A stretch of DNA of 64,000 nucleotides from Bdellovibrionales bacterium. GTDB lineage: Bacteria > Bdellovibrionota > Bdellovibrionia > Bdellovibrionales > JAGQZY01. The stretch lies in NCBI GenBank assembly GCA_964230645.1, contig CAXRHT010000001.1, positions 672,001 through 736,000 of the forward strand, written 5' to 3'. The translations under genes and the position numbers were made by a program. Positions 50,367 to 61,638 of this stretch are shown here, in pieces (within the stretch, counting starts at the first letter, position 1; each line of letters begins with the position of its first letter). The notes under the pieces are model-generated. The model was given only the letters and a program-made list of their open reading frames with translations. It was not told the DNA's origin and ran no database searches.

Positions 50367-50478
50367 TATCGTCTCCTTGAGAGTGGTTAAAAGTAAGCCT
50401 CTTGATCCGTGCCAATGGCAGCTCGATATCAGAAGCGTTAAAAAAGGCTAAGTTATGGGAATGACAGCAATTGGTCAA

Positions 50479-51396
50479 TCATTGATTGGGGAAAACACGG
50501 CGAATTTTAAAGCTCAGTGGGCCTTCAACACTCAGAAGGCATATAAGCCTGCCAGACCCCTTGGAGATCACCTTAAGGCCCTGTAATCCTTTCCGAGGGC
50601 CGTATTCAAGCTCCAGAAATCGCTCCAGTTTTCTTGAGATCTGGCCATTGGAGAGAAGTTTTTCGTCTTTACCTTCCACCTTGATTGTAGGCCAATCGGG
50701 AAGAGTTTGTGACAAAGGGATAAAGGATGAGTGTTCGTAAATTTCCTCCGGGGTCAACTCCTGAGCCTGCTGAGTTTTCACCGCTTGGCTCACCTCATAA
50801 GGGGAAGAGTGGGTGCGTCTAAGCTGAGTTAACGTGCCTCCACAACCGAGCATCTCCCCGAGTCTTTTTCCCCAGGCTCTAACATAACTTCCCTTGGTGC
50901 ACTCAAAAGCCACTTCTACTGATTTCTCACTTCGTTTAATTAGCTCCAGATCATTAAAACTCATTTCCTTTTCGGGTGGTTTAAAGTCCTCGCCCTTTCT
51001 GGCCTTCTCGTAGAGCTTTTTACCCTTAACTTTAACGGCCGAATATATTGGAACCGGCAAAACCACGGTGCCGCTAAGCTTAGAAAGAGTCTGCTTCAAC
51101 TCTTCATCAGATATTTCAAAATTCTGTTTTTCTTCAATCACTTCTCCAGTGATATCGTCCGTATCGGTCACAGTGCCAAGCAGAACTGTGGTCTGATAGG
51201 ACTTATTGCCATTAAGAATATAATCCGAAAGCTTGGTGGCTTTACCAATGAGAAGAACGAGGAGGCCCGTTGCCATGGGATCGAGTGTGCCGGCATGACC
51301 GATATCTTTTCGTTTAAGATGACGACGGAAGAGACCAACCACATCGTGGCTGGTCATGCCTCCTGGCTTATCAACAAGAAGGAGTCCATCTTTCAT
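50479..51396 (-). CDS. truB: tRNA pseudouridine(55) synthase
   Basis: DKPGGMTSHDVV, GHAGTLDPMATG, YSAVK and KGSYVR. Confidence 0.97.
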   Translation of the reverse strand: MKDGLLLVDKPGGMTSHDVVGLFRRHLKRKDIGHAGTLDPMATGLLVLLIGKATKLSDYILNGNKSYQTTVLLGTVTDTDDITGEVIEEKQNFEISDEELKQTLSKLSGTVVLPVPIYSAVKVKGKKLYEKARKGEDFKPPEKEMSFNDLELIKRSEKSVEVAFECTKGSYVRAWGKRLGEMLGCGGTLTQLRRTHSSPYEVSQAVKTQQAQELTPEEIYEHSSFIPLSQTLPDWPTIKVEGKDEKLLSNGQISRKLERFLELEYGPRKGLQGLKVISKGSGRLICLLSVEGPLSFKIRRVFPNQ

Positions 51397-51746
51397 GAGA
51401 TATCAGAGTCCTCTTTTACAATACGATCGATTTTTGCCATCATTCGCACACTGTCATCGTTGTAGAATTTTACTGTCGGACAGTATTTCATACGAAATTT
51501 TGAATTGAAGATACGTTGAATGTCCGGCGCATGCGACTGCAAGGCTTCAAGAATTTCGTCACTAACTTCATCTTTACCAATAACACAAACGTAGGCTTTT
51601 ACGTTACGAAGGTCAGGACTGACGGCCACTTTGGTTAAAGAAACAAGGTCTTCACTACTACCTGACTGCTCCTGCATTAAGTAAGTAGAGATCACCTCTC
51701 GAATTTCTTTTTCCGCTCTTTGTAAACGTCGACTTTTTTCTGACAT
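51393..51746 (-). CDS. rbfA: Ribosome-binding factor A
   Basis: VSPDLRNVKAYV and KYCPTVKFYND; lies between infB and truB. Confidence 0.9.
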   Translation of the reverse strand: MSEKSRRLQRAEKEIREVISTYLMQEQSGSSEDLVSLTKVAVSPDLRNVKAYVCVIGKDEVSDEILEALQSHAPDIQRIFNSKFRMKYCPTVKFYNDDSVRMMAKIDRIVKEDSDIS

Positions 51747-51774
51747 TTTCAATCCTTTACTTTGTGGCTCCTAC

Positions 51775-51810
51775 AAAAAAAGGTCCTTTTTAATTGAAAA
51801 AAAGGACCCC
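51775..51810 (-). terminator. Intrinsic terminator between infB and rbfA
   Basis: Minus strand GGTCCTTTT...AAAAGGACC followed by a T run. Confidence 0.6.
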
Positions 51811-51831
51811 CATAAAAATTTAAAATTAACT

Positions 51832-54582
51832 TTAGAGCTCTCTTGCCACTTCTTCTTCAAGGTAGGCTTCGATTTCATCGCCCACTTTAATATCATTGAA
51901 GTTTTCGATTCCGATACCGCACTCATAACCTGTGGCCACTTCTTTGGCATCGTCTTTAAAGCGCTTCAAACTGCTAATTTTGCCTGTGTAGATAACTGTT
52001 CCGTTACGTACCAATCGCAGAAGAGAGTTTCTGGTAATTTTACCATCAACCACAAAACTTCCAGCAATGGTACCAATCTTGGGAACACTAAAGGTGTCAC
52101 GCACTTCGGCTCGACCCATAGCTTTTTCCACAATATCGGGATCAAGAAGACCGGCCATCGCTAGCTTCATGTCATCCATAAGTTTATAAACAATAGAGTA
52201 TGTGTTGATATCCACACCTCGTTCTTTTGAAGCTTGGCGAGCACTGTTATCAGGACGAGTGTTAAATCCTACAATGATTCCACCAGCCGTTGAGGCAAGA
52301 AGAACATCAGACTCACTGATTCCACCCACGCCGGAGTGAATGACTTTAATCTTTACTTCGTCGGTTGATATCTTATCAAACATTGAGCGAATGGCCTCAC
52401 TGGTTCCCGCCACATCGGTTTTAAGAACCACAGGAAGCTCTTTTAACTCTCCAGACTTCACTCGAGAGAATAAATCTTCCAAGTTAGTTGGAGCGGCCTG
52501 TTTGGCCATTTTTTCTTTTCTGGCTTCTTCGGCCCTTTGCTCAGCAATACGCTCGGCTGTTTTCTCATCTTTACAAGCATCAAAGGGATCGCCCGCTTGT
52601 GGAGAAGCTGGAAGTCCGATCACTTCCACTGGATGACTCGGTCCTGCTTCATCGATTTTTTTGCCGGCCTCATCAAAAATCTGCCTCACTCGACAAGCGA
52701 TCTCTCCGATCACCACATTCTGTCCAGAAGTCAGTGTTCCATCTTGCACAAGCAAGGTGGCCACATTCCCTTTTCCAACTTCCACACGGCTTTCAACCAC
52801 GATACCCGTGGCTGAACGCTTGGGGTTGGCTCTAAGTTCTTGCATTTCCGCTAAGAGACTGACTTGCTCTAAAAGCTCATCCACCCCTTCGCCCTTAAGA
52901 GCTGAGACAGGCACAAACATAGTGTCACCACCCCAGTCCTCTGGAACTAATTCGTATTCAGCCATCTGCTGTTTGATTTTGTCAGGATTAGCGTCAGGGC
53001 GGTCCATTTTGTTCATAGCCACTATGATGGGTACTCCGGCTTGCTTGGAGTGACTGATTGCCTCAATGGTTTGTGGCATCACACCATCATCGGCAGCAAC
53101 AACTAAAATCACAATATCCGTTGAGCTGGCACCACGGGCTCTCATCGCTGTAAAGGCTTCGTGTCCCGGAGTATCAATAAAAGTACATTCACCGATAGAA
53201 GTTTTCACTCGGTAAGCACCCACGTGCTGGGTGATCCCGCCAGCTTCTCCTTCGGCCACTTTTGCTTTTCTGATGAAATCAAGCAAGGTGGTTTTTCCGT
53301 GGTCGACGTGTCCCATCACAGTAACGATCGGAGCTCGTGCAATCTTTTCAGCACCTAGATCTCCAAAGGCTGCCATTTCTACGAGTTCGTCATCTGATTT
53401 TTGAATGTTTTCCGCTTCGTAATCAAACTCGGGAACAATTAACGAAATGGTTTCAAAATCCAGTTCCGTGTTCACATTGCCCATGACACCGTTTTTCATG
53501 AGAACTTTTACGAGTTGAGGACTCTTAACATGCATTTCATCGGCAAGTTCAGAAACCTTCATACTTCCGTAAACTTTAACCACACGCTTATGGGCAGCCG
53601 GTTTAGTGATTTCGGTTTTCTTCATCTCTGCAGGGTTAGATGCAATTTTCTTTTTCTTCGGTTGAAAAACGACCTCTCTCTTTTTGAATTCTGAAGAAAC
53701 AAAAGAAGGCGGCGCCTGCTCTTGGTCTTTCTTTGAAGGACCACTGGGACCAGCGGCTGGTTTCTTACGCTTGTTATCTTTATGGTGATCTTTTTTACCA
53801 AAACGATCACTCTCTTCTTGTTGAGGCATCGGCTGGTTGGCAGCCACAAATCCGGGGCGAATGTTTCGGTTCGCTGTTTTCTGGGGACGATTAGATTGGC
53901 TTTTGTTTTCAACCTTACTTAAATCCATTTTACCCACAATATTACGGCGTGGCTTTTCGGATTTAACTCCACTCACCGGTCCACCTTCAGTCATTTTGAC
54001 TTCACGTTTACGGGCCGAAGGAGCTGGCTTTGATTCTTTAGCCGCTTCCTTTTTGGGCTCTTCTTTTTTAGGCTCTTCTTTAGGAGCTTCCGTCTTGGCT
54101 TCAACCGCCGCCTCTTTAGGAGTTGTCACTTGAGGCGCTTCTTTTTCAGCCGCTTCTTTTGGAGTGGTTGTTTCTACAGGAGCGCTTGCCGCCTGAACCT
54201 TTTCCTCAGTCGCCTCTTCTTCTTTTTTAGCCGCTTCTTTTTTGACAACGTCGGCTTTTTTACGACGGATGACTGTTTTTTTCTTAGTCTTCTTTTTGGT
54301 CGTTTTTTTGCCGGACGCCGCTTTTTTCGCCGTTTTCTTTTTGGCGGTCTTTTTCTTAGCTGCTTTTTTCTTTGCCGTCTTTTTCTTGGCTGTTTTCTTT
54401 TTGCCTTTTTTACCGCCGCCCTCTTCTTCTTCAAGCTTGTCTTTTATCTTGGCGATATCATCTTGGCTCAATTCAGCCATATGGCTTTTAATGGGTAACT
54501 CCCATTTACGAATCTTATCCATCAAAACAAGAGTTTCGATTCCTATTTCTTTGGCAAATTCATACACCTTAGGTTGATCCAA
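51832..54582 (-). CDS. infB: Translation initiation factor IF-2
   Basis: [22 protein letters not shown] and LKRFKDD. TTG at 54582 is best spaced from AAGGGAG (alternative 54588). Confidence 0.98.
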   Translation of the reverse strand: MDQPKVYEFAKEIGIETLVLMDKIRKWELPIKSHMAELSQDDIAKIKDKLEEEEGGGKKGKKKTAKKKTAKKKAAKKKTAKKKTAKKAASGKKTTKKKTKKKTVIRRKKADVVKKEAAKKEEEATEEKVQAASAPVETTTPKEAAEKEAPQVTTPKEAAVEAKTEAPKEEPKKEEPKKEAAKESKPAPSARKREVKMTEGGPVSGVKSEKPRRNIVGKMDLSKVENKSQSNRPQKTANRNIRPGFVAANQPMPQQEESDRFGKKDHHKDNKRKKPAAGPSGPSKKDQEQAPPSFVSSEFKKREVVFQPKKKKIASNPAEMKKTEITKPAAHKRVVKVYGSMKVSELADEMHVKSPQLVKVLMKNGVMGNVNTELDFETISLIVPEFDYEAENIQKSDDELVEMAAFGDLGAEKIARAPIVTVMGHVDHGKTTLLDFIRKAKVAEGEAGGITQHVGAYRVKTSIGECTFIDTPGHEAFTAMRARGASSTDIVILVVAADDGVMPQTIEAISHSKQAGVPIIVAMNKMDRPDANPDKIKQQMAEYELVPEDWGGDTMFVPVSALKGEGVDELLEQVSLLAEMQELRANPKRSATGIVVESRVEVGKGNVATLLVQDGTLTSGQNVVIGEIACRVRQIFDEAGKKIDEAGPSHPVEVIGLPASPQAGDPFDACKDEKTAERIAEQRAEEARKEKMAKQAAPTNLEDLFSRVKSGELKELPVVLKTDVAGTSEAIRSMFDKISTDEVKIKVIHSGVGGISESDVLLASTAGGIIVGFNTRPDNSARQASKERGVDINTYSIVYKLMDDMKLAMAGLLDPDIVEKAMGRAEVRDTFSVPKIGTIAGSFVVDGKITRNSLLRLVRNGTVIYTGKISSLKRFKDDAKEVATGYECGIGIENFNDIKVGDEIEAYLEEEVAREL

Positions 54583-54616
54583 CTTCAAACTCCCTTAGCT
54601 TATAGCTTCTTTAAGC

Positions 54617-56191
54617 TTAGTCTTCTTTTTTCTCTTCATCAGTTTCAGCCGCCGAATCTTCATTAGCTGTGTCTTCTGATTGATTTTCTTTGGCCTCTTC
54701 ACCAGAAGTGTCTCCTTCTGCTGAGGCTTCCTGTTTTTCTTCTTCATCAGCAGACTCTTCTGCTGCATCGGCCTTCATTTCTTCACCAGAGTCATCAGCA
54801 TTTGATGTTTCATCCGCTGTGAGTTGAGCCATTTGCTCTTTAAGCATCTGGTCGGCCTGACTCTTGGCATCCCCACCGGAAGGCACTTGCGCTTCTGTGG
54901 TGGTTGGCGCTTTTGGAATTTCTTTGCCCTCTTCCTGGTACTGTTTAAGAAGATCTTTTGCCTCTTGGATCAATCCCTCGGCATGCTCCTCGGTGTCGTA
55001 ACCAGGAATAACCATGATATCTTCAACATCGGCCGCGGCTAGTGATTGGAAGGATCCAAATCCACTTTGGAAAATACTTTGAGCCATTGTGTCTGTCATA
55101 TTTGGCATTAACATAAGATTGAAAATCGACTCCGCCGTTCGCGCCGAAGCATTGGTTTCAGACATAATGTCAATTTTCCAGCCTGTTAATTTGGCCGCCA
55201 AACGAACATTCACCCCACGCTTACCAATGGCAAGGCTGAGTTGAGAATCTGGGACAACAATTTCCATCTCTTTGTTGGCTTCATCAAGAAACACTCTTGA
55301 GATTTCAGCCGGTGCTAGAGCATTACAGGCAAAACGAGTGATATCTTCATCCCACTCGACAATATCAATTTTCTCACCTTTAAGTTCCTGCACCACGTTT
55401 TGCACGCGAGAACCCTTCATTCCCACGCAGGCTCCCACGCCGTCCACGGCTGAGTCTTTACTGTAAACAGCAATCTTTGCTCTTTGCCCGGGCTCACGAG
55501 CTGCGGCCATAATTTGTACAATTCCGTCATAAATTTCCGGAACTTCAATTTCAAAAAGTTTCACCATGTAGTCGGCATGAGCGCGAGACATGACGATTTG
55601 TGGGCCTCTTGTGGTTTGACGAACATCGAGAAGATGACCCTGGATACGGTCTCCTGGTTTGAAATGCTCACCAGGAATTTGCTCACGGTAAGGGATGATG
55701 GCCTCGGTTCGGCCGAGATCAACAACCACTGTTCCTCGCTCCACGCGACGAACAATCCCTGAAGCAATCTCACCTTTACGGCTTTCGAACTCGTTAAAGA
55801 TAATATCGCGTTCGGCGTCTCGCACCTTTTGCATAATAATTTGTTTGGCTGTTTGAGCCGCGATTCGCCCAAGCTCCGAGGTGTCTAGCTTTATACCGAT
55901 AGAGTCATGCAATTGCGCATCCGGGTCGAGCTCTCTGGCATCATCAAGACGGATTTCAATTTCTTCATCCTCAAAATCATCATCAGAAACCACTTCATTA
56001 AACTGATACAGTTCAACTTCACCGGTGTCTTCGTTGTAGGTCGCTTCGATGTCGCGGTAAGTTCCATAAACTTTGGTGGCGGCTACTAGCATTCCTTGTT
56101 TTACAGCCTCGATAATAAGGTCACGATCTATGCCCTTATCCTTACCGACCTGCTCGATCATACGACTTAAATTAGAAAATACGTTTTCCAC
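54617..56191 (-). CDS. nusA: Transcription termination/antitermination factor NusA
   Basis: GRIAAQTAKQ, EVPEI, GACVGMKGSR and AIGKRGVNVRLA; GTG start. Confidence 0.98.
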   Translation of the reverse strand: MENVFSNLSRMIEQVGKDKGIDRDLIIEAVKQGMLVAATKVYGTYRDIEATYNEDTGEVELYQFNEVVSDDDFEDEEIEIRLDDARELDPDAQLHDSIGIKLDTSELGRIAAQTAKQIIMQKVRDAERDIIFNEFESRKGEIASGIVRRVERGTVVVDLGRTEAIIPYREQIPGEHFKPGDRIQGHLLDVRQTTRGPQIVMSRAHADYMVKLFEIEVPEIYDGIVQIMAAAREPGQRAKIAVYSKDSAVDGVGACVGMKGSRVQNVVQELKGEKIDIVEWDEDITRFACNALAPAEISRVFLDEANKEMEIVVPDSQLSLAIGKRGVNVRLAAKLTGWKIDIMSETNASARTAESIFNLMLMPNMTDTMAQSIFQSGFGSFQSLAAADVEDIMVIPGYDTEEHAEGLIQEAKDLLKQYQEEGKEIPKAPTTTEAQVPSGGDAKSQADQMLKEQMAQLTADETSNADDSGEEMKADAAEESADEEEKQEASAEGDTSGEEAKENQSEDTANEDSAAETDEEKKED

Positions 56192-56194
56192 TTT

Positions 56195-56755
56195 CTAACC
56201 CTTTCTACCTTTTTGTTTCTTTTTACTAAACGGATTGGGATGAGCAAACATCACCCGTGCTTTATGTATAAAATTAAAAGGAATCTTGATGATGTCCTCA
56301 GACTCTTCTTGATCCCCTTCTAAAACCATCAATTCCACATTTTCATCGGCGACACCCATAACACGCCCACCAATTTTTTTTCGCTTCTGGTCTTTGTCAG
56401 AGCGTCCGGAGAGGAATTCTCCCATTGCCGTGTTGAAGTGAATCAGAACTTTTTCACCCACCACTTTTTCATAGTGCCATAGCTCTTTTAAATGGCGATC
56501 TAGACCGGGTGAGGACACTTCCAACTGATAAGTACCTCCAGGAACTAGCTCCTCAACATCTAAAACAAGATCCAAACCTCTGGAAACATTGGAGCAATCG
56601 TCTATGGAAACACCTTCTGAACCATCTTTATCGATAAATATACGAAGGGTGCGGCCTTTCCCTTTTCCCGTCCACTCAAGATCGTAGAGGAAACAATTTT
56701 CTCTTTTCGCAATTTTTTGGGCATGCTCCCGCAATTTTTCCAGTTCTTCGGCCAT
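56195..56755 (-). CDS. rimP: Ribosome maturation factor RimP
   Basis: LRIFIDK, IDDCSNVSR and YQLEVSSPGLDR. Confidence 0.96.
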   Translation of the reverse strand: MAEELEKLREHAQKIAKRENCFLYDLEWTGKGKGRTLRIFIDKDGSEGVSIDDCSNVSRGLDLVLDVEELVPGGTYQLEVSSPGLDRHLKELWHYEKVVGEKVLIHFNTAMGEFLSGRSDKDQKRKKIGGRVMGVADENVELMVLEGDQEESEDIIKIPFNFIHKARVMFAHPNPFSKKKQKGRKG

Positions 56756-56770
56756 TCCTATCCTATATAT

Positions 56771-56798
56771 AAAAAAAATAGGCCCACTGGGCCTATTT
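56771..56798 (-). promoter_or_regulatory. rimP-leader-like terminator/attenuator hairpin
   Basis: Minus strand AAATAGGCCC-agt-GGGCCTATTT plus a T run, just upstream of rimP. Confidence 0.6.
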
Positions 56799-56943
56799 GT
56801 TGGACAATCTAGCAGAGAGGCCTATTTAAGGCAAGGGAAATGCTGAGAACCAATACTTTTTAAGTATATGATAAAACTTAGCTTTTTAAAGCCACTGGAT
56901 TCTCCGGGAGCTGGAAGGCTCAATGAGCCCTATCCAAGGCCCT

Positions 56944-57342
56944 CTAAACTGAGTAGCTCATAAGCAGCCCAGTACCGCCGTCGCGATAATAGGACTTTCT
57001 CTGGCCCACGATTTTGAAGCCCTGCTGCCCATAGAAATCCAAGGCCTCTTTATTTTTTTCGTGCACATCGACCCATATCTCTTTTTTTTGCTCAAGGGCG
57101 AAATGGCTAAAAAGATCCGACATATGGCCTTGGCGCAAATGTTCCGAGTGAGTTTCTAGAAAAGATATTTCAGCGGCAACATCGGTCTGATGAAAGAAAA
57201 GAAGAGCCATAATCCTGTCTTTGTCGGTCTTGGCTTGCCAATGATTCTGAGAGTTCTGGCAATAGGAAGCGAGTTGAGCGTTGGACCAAAACCAAACAGG
57301 ACTTCCCTCCTTGATCTCACGCTGCTCAATATAAGTGGACAT
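56944..57342 (-). CDS. RimI-like GNAT acetyltransferase
   Basis: RQGH, VHEKNKEALDFY..GF..VGQRKSYY; start uncertain. Confidence 0.8.
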   Translation of the reverse strand: MSTYIEQREIKEGSPVWFWSNAQLASYCQNSQNHWQAKTDKDRIMALLFFHQTDVAAEISFLETHSEHLRQGHMSDLFSHFALEQKKEIWVDVHEKNKEALDFYGQQGFKIVGQRKSYYRDGGTGLLMSYSV

Positions 57343-57415
57343 TTGGGTCCGCCCCAAAGGATTGGACGAATCGATAAACATGCTTTTTCTCCCCTAAAAG
57401 CAATGGCTCTTTTTT

Positions 57416-58021
57416 TTATTTCTGAAATTGGGAAAATCTCTGCACTTTGTATTTTTTCTCGAGCACCTGAAACCATTGCTCCAGGCGGTCCAAGAGATTT
57501 TCCTCAACTTTATTTTGTCTAATTTTTTCTTTCACGTCATCGAACTTGAGATTTCCGTAATTCACTCTATTTTGAGTGTATTCTGTTTCGATCTCTGAAA
57601 GACTAACCGGTAAAACCGAGGCCTTTCTTTTAAAAACAAACAATCGATCCGCCTCCATGCGACGCCTAATTTTTTCCCGTAAAACGTTTGGGTCCAGATC
57701 CAAATTTTTCCAGTCAGAGGCAGCAATCTTTTCTTTGGCTTTTTTATAAACCTCAGAGACTTTTTCATTTGAGATACCAGCATTGTAAAAAGAGGAGGCT
57801 TCAAAGAAAAGGAGCCATTCACGAATGACTTCTTCAATCGGCTTTTTTACTCGAAGATTTTGAAATTCCGTTCCAGCCGCTTCCATAACCACTTTGTGAA
57901 TATCGACCTCTCTTGAAGTGATCACATGGTTTTTAACTTGGGCGACTGTTTTAATAAGAATCTCGGCCTCTGCTGGCGGAGATAAAATGAGCAATCCCAA
58001 AATTAACAAGAACGACTTCAT
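57416..58021 (-). CDS. SurA N-terminal-like periplasmic chaperone domain protein
   Basis: Signal peptide; VAQVKNHVITSREV; helical body without a parvulin domain. Confidence 0.6.
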   Translation of the reverse strand: MKSFLLILGLLILSPPAEAEILIKTVAQVKNHVITSREVDIHKVVMEAAGTEFQNLRVKKPIEEVIREWLLFFEASSFYNAGISNEKVSEVYKKAKEKIAASDWKNLDLDPNVLREKIRRRMEADRLFVFKRKASVLPVSLSEIETEYTQNRVNYGNLKFDDVKEKIRQNKVEENLLDRLEQWFQVLEKKYKVQRFSQFQK

Positions 58022-58043
58022 GATCTAATTGTAAGGGAGAATC

Positions 58044-58089
58044 AAAAAAAAAGGTATAAACATTGGCCGAAATGCCGTGTTTTATACCC
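58044..58089 (-). terminator. Intrinsic terminator
   Basis: GGTATAAACA...TGTTTATACC stem with a T run on the minus strand. Confidence 0.7.
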
Positions 58090-58107
58090 TCAAAACCGGT
58101 GACTCCA

Positions 58108-58899
58108 TCAAAATTTCATCTTGGCGTTTAAAAGAAGGACCCAATAATCAAGAGATTCTAAATCCTGAGTTGTGGTTCTATTGGCTGACAATTGGCTGGC
58201 TCTCTCTGCGGAAACGGCCCTTTCAGCTTCATAAGAAAAGTTTCTCATGTAACGGCCTTCAACGCCCACATTGATGGCTCGGTTCATTGCCACTTCCACC
58301 CCGGCACTAAAGCCTCCATCAAAGGCGTTTGAGGTTCTCTCGTCACCATTAAAGCGACGGTAAGTATAGGCCAGTAACACCCCAGCTGTGGGCATGATCC
58401 AGTGGTTTGAAAAACCAAAGGTCGACTTTAAAGCTCCACTAAAACCAAAGTGATCCACATCCTCAGCCTCTAAAGTTGAAGCCTGCAGAGTACCGGCCTC
58501 TTGAAACGAATAAAGAAAGCCGCCTTCCGCCCAAAAATCAAGACCTACAGGTATTCCTATAACCACGCCACCGGCTCCACTAAATTCAGGGGTTGAATTT
58601 TGGAAAGGATAAGTTAGAGCCCCTCCTAAAATTCCCACATAAAAATCAGTTTCTCCGTTGTCAGAGGGCTCTTCGATCTTTGTGCTTGAAGTTGTCTGGG
58701 GATAATCCCCTTGCACAGCCGTTTGCACGCTTTTCTGGCGCTTTGGTGGGTAGTTGTAAGCAGTTCCCACTTGGCGCTCCATGGCGTCGAGGTTTTGTCG
58801 ACGGGTGTACCAATCGGCATTCTCTGGGGCTGCAAAAGCTGTGGAAAGGTAAAAACTTAAAAATACGAACATATATAAAGACGTAAAAAGTCTATTCAT
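58108..58899 (-). CDS. Outer-membrane beta-barrel protein
   Basis: GGAGGA RBS; signal peptide ending AFA; ~8-strand pattern; terminal Phe. Confidence 0.75.
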   Translation of the reverse strand: MNRLFTSLYMFVFLSFYLSTAFAAPENADWYTRRQNLDAMERQVGTAYNYPPKRQKSVQTAVQGDYPQTTSSTKIEEPSDNGETDFYVGILGGALTYPFQNSTPEFSGAGGVVIGIPVGLDFWAEGGFLYSFQEAGTLQASTLEAEDVDHFGFSGALKSTFGFSNHWIMPTAGVLLAYTYRRFNGDERTSNAFDGGFSAGVEVAMNRAINVGVEGRYMRNFSYEAERAVSAERASQLSANRTTTQDLESLDYWVLLLNAKMKF

Positions 58900-59089
58900 C
58901 GATCCAAATCCTCCATATGACGCTATGTATTGCATTTTTTATGCGTCGTGGCAACTGAGATTGAAGAAAATGGCAAGGAGTGAGGAAAAGCCTGTCATTT
59001 TTTCATAATTTTTCTTGTATCTCACCGTAATTTCTTATAATTTTCCGCTTTCATGAAAGCCTAGGGGCTTGATTGGCAATTGGAACTGA

Positions 59090-59176
59090 GCCGACGTGGC
59101 GGAATTGGTAGACGCAGGGGATTCAAAATCCCCCGGTAGCAATACTGTGCGAGTTCGAGTCTCGCCGTCGGTACCA
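59090..59176 (+). tRNA. tRNA-Leu(CAA)
   Basis: Acceptor stem GCCGACG/CGTCGGT, D-loop GGAATTGGTAGAC, anticodon arm GGGGA-TTCAAAA-TCCCC, long variable arm, GTTCGAG T-loop, encoded CCA. Confidence 0.97.
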
Positions 59177-59264
59177 TATTTTTCTCATTTTATTGTTTAA
59201 TTGGATTTATATGTGATCGAGTTCCTTCTGCCCGAGTTAATACCGAGAAGTTTTATTAATCTTT

Positions 59265-59519
59265 TTAGTTTTCTCTGAAATAAGATTTCATCCATTTCAC
59301 TGAGCCTGCAGTGACGTTTTTCATTTTGGCAGGCTCTTTCATTTTTAACACCACTAAAGCCGACTCATCGCTGATATGATTTTTCAAATCGTGGTAAAGA
59401 CGGCTGCGAGATTTTGTAGTTTCAAAGAAATACAAATTCTCAGCAACCATCCTCCCACCATTTTTTTCCACAAATTCTGGAAGTGACTGTTCAGCTTCAT
59501 TTACAAAAACTAAGAACAT
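59265..59519 (-). CDS. Small hypothetical protein
   Basis: 84-aa ORF starting 1 nt after the dehydrogenase stop codon. Confidence 0.65.
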   Translation of the reverse strand: MFLVFVNEAEQSLPEFVEKNGGRMVAENLYFFETTKSRSRLYHDLKNHISDESALVVLKMKEPAKMKNVTAGSVKWMKSYFREN

Positions 59520-59520
59520 T

Positions 59521-60696
59521 TTATGGCTTCAATACCACTTTCACACAAGAATCATTTTTCTCCGCAAACATCTTGTAAGCGTCTGGCGCCTCTACCAGGG
59601 GTACTTCATGAGTGATCAGAAAGGAGGGATCAATTTTCTCATTTTCAACAAGGTCGAGAAGTTTTGGGAGATATTTCTGAACATGGGTTTGGCCCATTTT
59701 GAACTGTAAAGCCTTATTCATGGCTGGCCCTAGAGCAAAATTAGGGACTTCGTCCGTATAAACTCCTGGTATAGAAACGACCCCACCTTTTTTACAAGAT
59801 TTTATTATCTCATTGATCACGAAGGGACGATTATTCGGCATGTGCGCAGCCTCTAACATTGATTCTTTAGCGTTCACCAAAGAATTCATTGAATGAGCCT
59901 CAGCACCGACGGCATCAATACATTTGTCTGGTCCGTATCCCTTTGTCATGTCCAAGAGAGCTGAATAAACATCATCAATTTCACTTCGATCAATAACTTC
60001 TGTGCTTTTGATTCCTTTGGCTAGCTGAAGTCTTTCTGGCACATCATCAATAGCTATCACCCTCTTGGCGCCTTGAAGCCAAGCACTGTGCACAGTAAAA
60101 AGTCCGACGGGACCACAGCCCCACACTGCTACAGTGTCATTTTCATCAATCTGACAATTTTCAGCAGCCATCCACCCGGTAGGAAAGATGTCTGACAAAA
60201 ACAGCACCTTCTCATCAGCTAAATGGCTAGGAACTTTAATTGGGCCCACATCTGCGTATGGAACGCGAAGATACTCGGCCTGGCCTCCAGGAATTCCTCC
60301 TGTCAAATGAGAGTAGCCGAATAAAGCGGCGGTAGAGTGTCCAAGTTCTTTCTGCGCCTTTTCTTTTTTGGGATTGCTCTCATCGCAAAGAGAATAAAGC
60401 TGTCTGTCGCAGAAATGACAACTACCACACGAAATTGTAAAAGGAACTACGACTCGGTCGCCTTTTTTGAATTTTTTAACGGAGGAACCGACCTCTTCGA
60501 CGATCCCCATTGGCTCATGACCTATAATATCTCCTTCTTTCATCCCAGCCATAACCCCGTTGTAGAGGTGGAGATCCGAGCCACAGATCGCAGTGGAGGT
60601 CACTTTAATTATCATATCATGGTCGTTTTGAATTTTGGGGTCATCGACATTGTCTACCCTAACATCTTTTCTTCCATGCCAAACTAGTGCTTTCAT
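59521..60696 (-). CDS. Zinc-dependent alcohol/formaldehyde dehydrogenase (MDR family, YbdR-like)
   Basis: [35 protein letters not shown] and GQTHVQ. Confidence 0.93.
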   Translation of the reverse strand: MKALVWHGRKDVRVDNVDDPKIQNDHDMIIKVTSTAICGSDLHLYNGVMAGMKEGDIIGHEPMGIVEEVGSSVKKFKKGDRVVVPFTISCGSCHFCDRQLYSLCDESNPKKEKAQKELGHSTAALFGYSHLTGGIPGGQAEYLRVPYADVGPIKVPSHLADEKVLFLSDIFPTGWMAAENCQIDENDTVAVWGCGPVGLFTVHSAWLQGAKRVIAIDDVPERLQLAKGIKSTEVIDRSEIDDVYSALLDMTKGYGPDKCIDAVGAEAHSMNSLVNAKESMLEAAHMPNNRPFVINEIIKSCKKGGVVSIPGVYTDEVPNFALGPAMNKALQFKMGQTHVQKYLPKLLDLVENEKIDPSFLITHEVPLVEAPDAYKMFAEKNDSCVKVVLKP

Positions 60697-60860
60697 ATTC
60701 TCGTCCTTTCCTTAGGTTTTCCGTAAGTTACAGACAATGAGATAAATAATCTCCTACCACTTTTTTAGCCTTTGTGAAGATTTAAATGATTTAATTGCTT
60801 TCGATGAGAAAGAACAAGGATATGCCCGAACACTACTCATCCTGTACTCACAAGAAGTTT

Positions 60861-61166
60861 CTAACACCCTTCATCGACTTCATACGAATAATCAGTTTCG
60901 AAGAGTATCAAGTCAGCGGATGTTCTAAATTCAGATCGGTACCAAAACTCATCGGCCTCTTCAGGGATATCTGTGATAAAGATCGAACAACCATCTTCCA
61001 AATATATATTAGAAATAAACTCGACACGCTTATCAGCCCAAGACGGTTGAGTTGTAAAAAAGATGACCGCATCGGCGTCCACGGGATCTTCTACGAAATA
61101 AACGATTTTTGCTTGGCTTTGCAGGCAGAAAACCACTGTTATAATTAATATTAATGCATGCTTCAT
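60861..61166 (-). CDS. Small secreted protein with internal AD-x-x-(V/I)-x-F repeats (DUF6150-like)
   Basis: AAGGAG RBS; signal peptide; repeated ADAVIFF/ADKRVEF/ADEFWY/ADLILF units. Confidence 0.6.
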   Translation of the reverse strand: MKHALILIITVVFCLQSQAKIVYFVEDPVDADAVIFFTTQPSWADKRVEFISNIYLEDGCSIFITDIPEEADEFWYRSEFRTSADLILFETDYSYEVDEGC

Positions 61167-61422
61167 GCAGTACTCCTTAGAATTCAAATGGCGCGAATAT
61201 ATAGAGTTATAACTAATAGAAAACCCTTTTTTTCAAGCCCTATAGAAAAGTAATGGGTGACAACTTTTTATACAGCCGTAGCCCTCATTCTTCTTTTAAT
61301 TAATTGCCATGAAGATTGCCGACTAAAATGACGAAACCTGTATTTGTTATTTATACCCTAAGTTGCTGCATAATTTTATGTGCTTGGACTTTTTTTCCTG
61401 TGAGTTTCCGTTCAAACCACGA

Positions 61423-61596
61423 TCCCCATGTTTCCATTAATAATAATTCTCTGAAGGGCTCTTGTGAGCGTGACGCGTTTTCGCCCGCAGGGCGAAACAC
61501 AAGCAAGGTCCACGGCATGCGAAGCTGTACAGCTTCGCATGTGGCCGTCATGGATGCCGGCCCTGTAGAGATTTATTATTAATGGAAACATGGGGA
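61423..61596. mobile_element. MITE-like structured element with 37-bp terminal inverted repeats
   Basis: 61423-61459 versus 61560-61596 match at 34/37; internal hairpin TTTCGCCC-gca-GGGCGAAA and a perfect 26-bp palindrome at 61516-61541. Confidence 0.6.
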
Positions 61597-61638
61597 GCCG
61601 AGGACTTCGATCGAGCTTCGACAGGTCCTTCGGCTTCG

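Noticed and set aside
50367..50478. rpsO autoregulatory leader RNA
   Set aside because: Expected by position, but I could not identify a supporting structure by eye.
53622..54577. Phe/Leu-rich antisense and Arg/Lys-rich alternate-frame ORFs
   Set aside because: Shadows of the low-complexity lysine-rich IF-2 N-terminus.
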